From contig CAVTWJ010000013.1 in assembly GCA_963738405.1 (NCBI GenBank), positions 1 through 64,000 on the forward strand: DNA of 64,000 bases, read 5' to 3'. The translations under genes and the position numbers were made by a program. How positions within the stretch are numbered: position 1 is the stretch's first letter; every line of letters starts with the position of its first letter. The notes below the pieces were generated by a model that was given only the letters and a program-made list of their open reading frames with translations, had not been told where the DNA came from and ran no database searches. The stretch is from a candidate division FCPU426 bacterium (GTDB lineage Bacteria > Oederibacteriota > Muellerivitia > Muellerivitales > Muellerivitaceae). This document shows positions 61,355 to 64,000 of this stretch, one piece after another.

Positions 61355-62787
61355 ATGCTTTACGTGATTTTGTTCATACCTTTTTTGGGCGGGGCGGCGG
61401 CATACCTTTTCCCGTCCAATCGCTTTCGCCCCTTCCTGCTCCCGGTTTTTTCATTTGCCCATCTTTTATGCGTCTTGAGTGTTTTGGGCCGGAATGATTT
61501 GTCGGCCGCGCAGGGTTGGCTGTTCTTGGACCCGCTCGGGAAATTGGTTTTGGTGGTCGTCAGTGTTTTGTTTTCTGTTTGTTTCCTTTACGCTCCGGCT
61601 TACCTTTGGGTCAGGAGGGAATGGTCGAACCGCGTTTTTTGCAGTTGCCTTCTTTTCTTGCTGGCGCTTTTATCCCTCGTCACTTTTTCCAGGCAAGTAG
61701 GCCTGATGTGGGTGGCCATCGAGGCCACTTCCCTGGTCAGCGCCCCGCTGATTTATTTCAACCACAACAACCGTTCCATTGAGGCGGCCTGGAAATTCCT
61801 CCTGGTCTGCTCCGTGGGGATTGCCCTGGCGCTTTTGGGCTCGTTCTTTTTAGGCTATTCCGCCCTCGTCGGGGGGGTGTCCTCGACCCTGATGATGGAT
61901 GATCTGGCTCGGTCGGCGCAGTCGCTTTCCAAGCCTTGGCTTCACGCCGCCTTCGCGGCCCTGTTAGTCGGCTATGGGACCAAAATGGGGTTGGCTCCCC
62001 TCCACACTTGGAAACCCGACGCCTATGGGGAGTCCCCGGGCCTGGTGGGGGCCTTGATGGCGGGCGGGATAACCAGTTGCGCCTTCCTGGCGATCTTGCG
62101 TGTCACCAAGATTCTTCACGCCGCCGGGGAAGGGTTTTTCGCGGACCGGGCCTTGATGGGGCTGGGGCTTTTGTCCATCGCCTTCGGGGCCGTCTTCATG
62201 GCCCGGCAAAAGGATTTCAAGAGGATGCTGGCCTATTCGAGCGTGGAGCACATGGGCATCCTGGTGTTGGGCGTGAGCATGGGCGGGATCGGGATCTTCG
62301 GGTCGTTTCTTCACCTCGTCAACAACGCCCTGACCAAGGGGATTTTGTTCCTCTCCGCGGGAAACATTCATCGCGCCTATAACAGCAAATCGACGGATGA
62401 TGTTTCGGGGGCGATCCGGAGGCTTCCGGTGTCCGGTTATCTGTTCCTGGCCGGGTTCATCGCCATCACCGGCTCGCCCCCTTTCGGGCCTTTCTTAAGC
62501 GAGTTCACGATTTTGAGATCCATCTTTGAGAACCACCAATACCTCGTGGGGGGGGGGTTCTCTTTCTGCTGATGGCGGTTTTCATGGGCATGGGAAGCAC
62601 GGTGCTGGCGGTTTGCTTGGGGGAACCTTCGGACGCGGCGAAGGCAACTGATTTTCATGACAGTTTTTTCCTGGTCCTGCCGCCCCTGCTGATGATGGGG
62701 CTGGTTCTGCTCTTGGGCCTTTATATCCCCGATTCCGTTATGAAGCTTATTCAGGACGCGGTGAATGATTGGAGTATCCTCTCATGA
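61355..62787 (+). CDS. hyfF: HyfF-like antiporter subunit with a frameshift in a G10 run (62548-62557)
   Basis: WVAIEATS, EAAWKF, GYGTKMGLAPLHTWKPDAY and KRMLAYSSVEHMG motifs; tail continues in another frame to TGA 62787. Confidence 0.85.
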
Positions 62788-64000
62788 CCCCCATGGAACA
62801 TTTTGTCATCCTCACCAACGGATCCTCCGTGGACTATGGGCGGATTCCCTCACTGGAGTTCGACGATTTCAGGCAATGCATGCGCCACGGCGTAGAGAAG
62901 GGTTTTCGTGTGGTTTCCTTTTTCGGGGCATTCCCTGAGGAAGGGGAGGGAGTGGACCTGATGGCGGTATTCGCCGACGATCCTAACAACCGCCTCCTAG
63001 TATTTAAGACCCGCGTTCGGGAAGGAAGTTACCCGTCGCTCACACCCGATTGTCCCCAATTGCACCTCTTTGAAAGGGAAATATTCGAGCAGTTCGGGCT
63101 TACCCCTAAGGGACATCCCTGGTTGAAGCCTGTCCGGTTTTCCCGTTCGGGTTGGAATCCAAAAAATCCCGAAGGGATTCCGCCAATTGGTCTGATGGAC
63201 TTTTACCAGGTCAAGGGAGACGAGGTGCACGAGGTGTCGGTGGGGCCGGTCCATGCGGGCGTGATCGAGCCCGGCCATTTCCGTTTCCAATGCCACGGTG
63301 AAGAGGTTTTTCACCTGGAGATATCGCTTGGGTACCAGCACCGGGGAGTTGAGGAAGCCCTGATTGCGGGGCCCCGCAAGGATTCCTTTTACCAAATGGA
63401 GGCGGCCTCGGGGGACTCTACCATCGCCCATGCCTGGGCCTATTGCCAAAACCTGGAAAGCTTGAGGGGCGCCAAGATCACCGCCCACGACTGGATGGTG
63501 AGGGCCATCGCCCTGGAACTGGAACGCCTAGCCAACCATACGGGGGACCTGGGCGCCCTGGCGGGGGATGTGGGGTTTCTTCCCACCGCATCCTATTGCG
63601 GAAGGATTCGGGGGGATTTCCTCAACATGACCGCCGCCTTATGCGGAAGCCGGTTTGGACGAAGCCTGCTGAAGGTGGGGGGCAACCGCTTTCAGTTGGA
63701 TATTCCCCAAGCAGGCGGCCTGTTGAAAAGATTGGCCGAAGCGGAAAGGGATGTCACTCAAGCGGTGGATCTCCTGTGGGAATCGGCCTCGGTGGTGGAT
63801 CGGTTTGACGATACGGGCGCCGTCAGTCAGGACCAGGCCAGGGAATTGGGGTGGGTGGGCCCCACCGCCCGAGCCTGCGGCGTGGAAACGGACGTGAGGT
63901 TCAATCACCCCTTTGGCCCCTACCGGTTCGTGGTGGTTCCGGTTTCCACGGCCCATGCCGGGGACGTGCATTCCCGGGCCTTTGTTCGCTGGCTGGAGAT
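62784..64000 (+). CDS. HyfG/HycE-like (NuoC+D) large subunit of Ehr type, partial
   Basis: Open frame from ATG 62784 (missing from the ORF track because it has no stop in the window): LFEREIFEQFG..P.GHPW, VGPVHAGVIEPGHFRF, LGYQHRGVE, LELERLANH. Confidence 0.9.
   Translation, partial: MTPMEHFVILTNGSSVDYGRIPSLEFDDFRQCMRHGVEKGFRVVSFFGAFPEEGEGVDLMAVFADDPNNRLLVFKTRVREGSYPSLTPDCPQLHLFEREIFEQFGLTPKGHPWLKPVRFSRSGWNPKNPEGIPPIGLMDFYQVKGDEVHEVSVGPVHAGVIEPGHFRFQCHGEEVFHLEISLGYQHRGVEEALIAGPRKDSFYQMEAASGDSTIAHAWAYCQNLESLRGAKITAHDWMVRAIALELERLANHTGDLGALAGDVGFLPTASYCGRIRGDFLNMTAALCGSRFGRSLLKVGGNRFQLDIPQAGGLLKRLAEAERDVTQAVDLLWESASVVDRFDDTGAVSQDQARELGWVGPTARACGVETDVRFNHPFGPYRFVVVPVSTAHAGDVHSRAFVRWLE

Overview
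The window appears to hold two unrelated DNA segments. Bases 1-~2771 are AT-rich, Clostridia-like sequence (alpha/beta hydrolase, DUF1858 protein, metAA) with many single-base frameshifts. At ~2772 the sequence switches abruptly, in the middle of a GH74 gene, to a GC-richer genome of a probably diderm, polysaccharide-degrading anaerobe (FCPU426/Goldbacteria-like by protein style; inference only). That segment encodes: (i) at least five secreted proteins with Thr/Pro linkers ending in a T9SS/FlgD-Ig-like C-terminal domain (GH74, GH44, lectin-like and DUF11 proteins); (ii) an apparently translationally coupled operon of such a cargo, a PorV/PorQ-like barrel-TPR fusion, a histidine kinase and an OmpR regulator, which is the best candidate for an undescribed system; (iii) a mobile hot spot at 9-16 kb with an rve-integrase element, an IS3, a PIN TA module between 90-bp direct repeats, tRNA-Arg(UCG) with repeated 3'-end copies, and a DUF2281/MazF TA pair; (iv) a CheB/CheR-less chemosensory cluster with two divergent CheX-like genes; (v) two GT-C membrane glycosyltransferases, an M16 peptidase pair and tRNA-Glu; (vi) an ArsR/PtsN-preceded hyf-like operon whose large subunit lacks the N-terminal NiFe CxxC (Ehr type). 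All family calls are from motif recognition by eye; no database searches were run.
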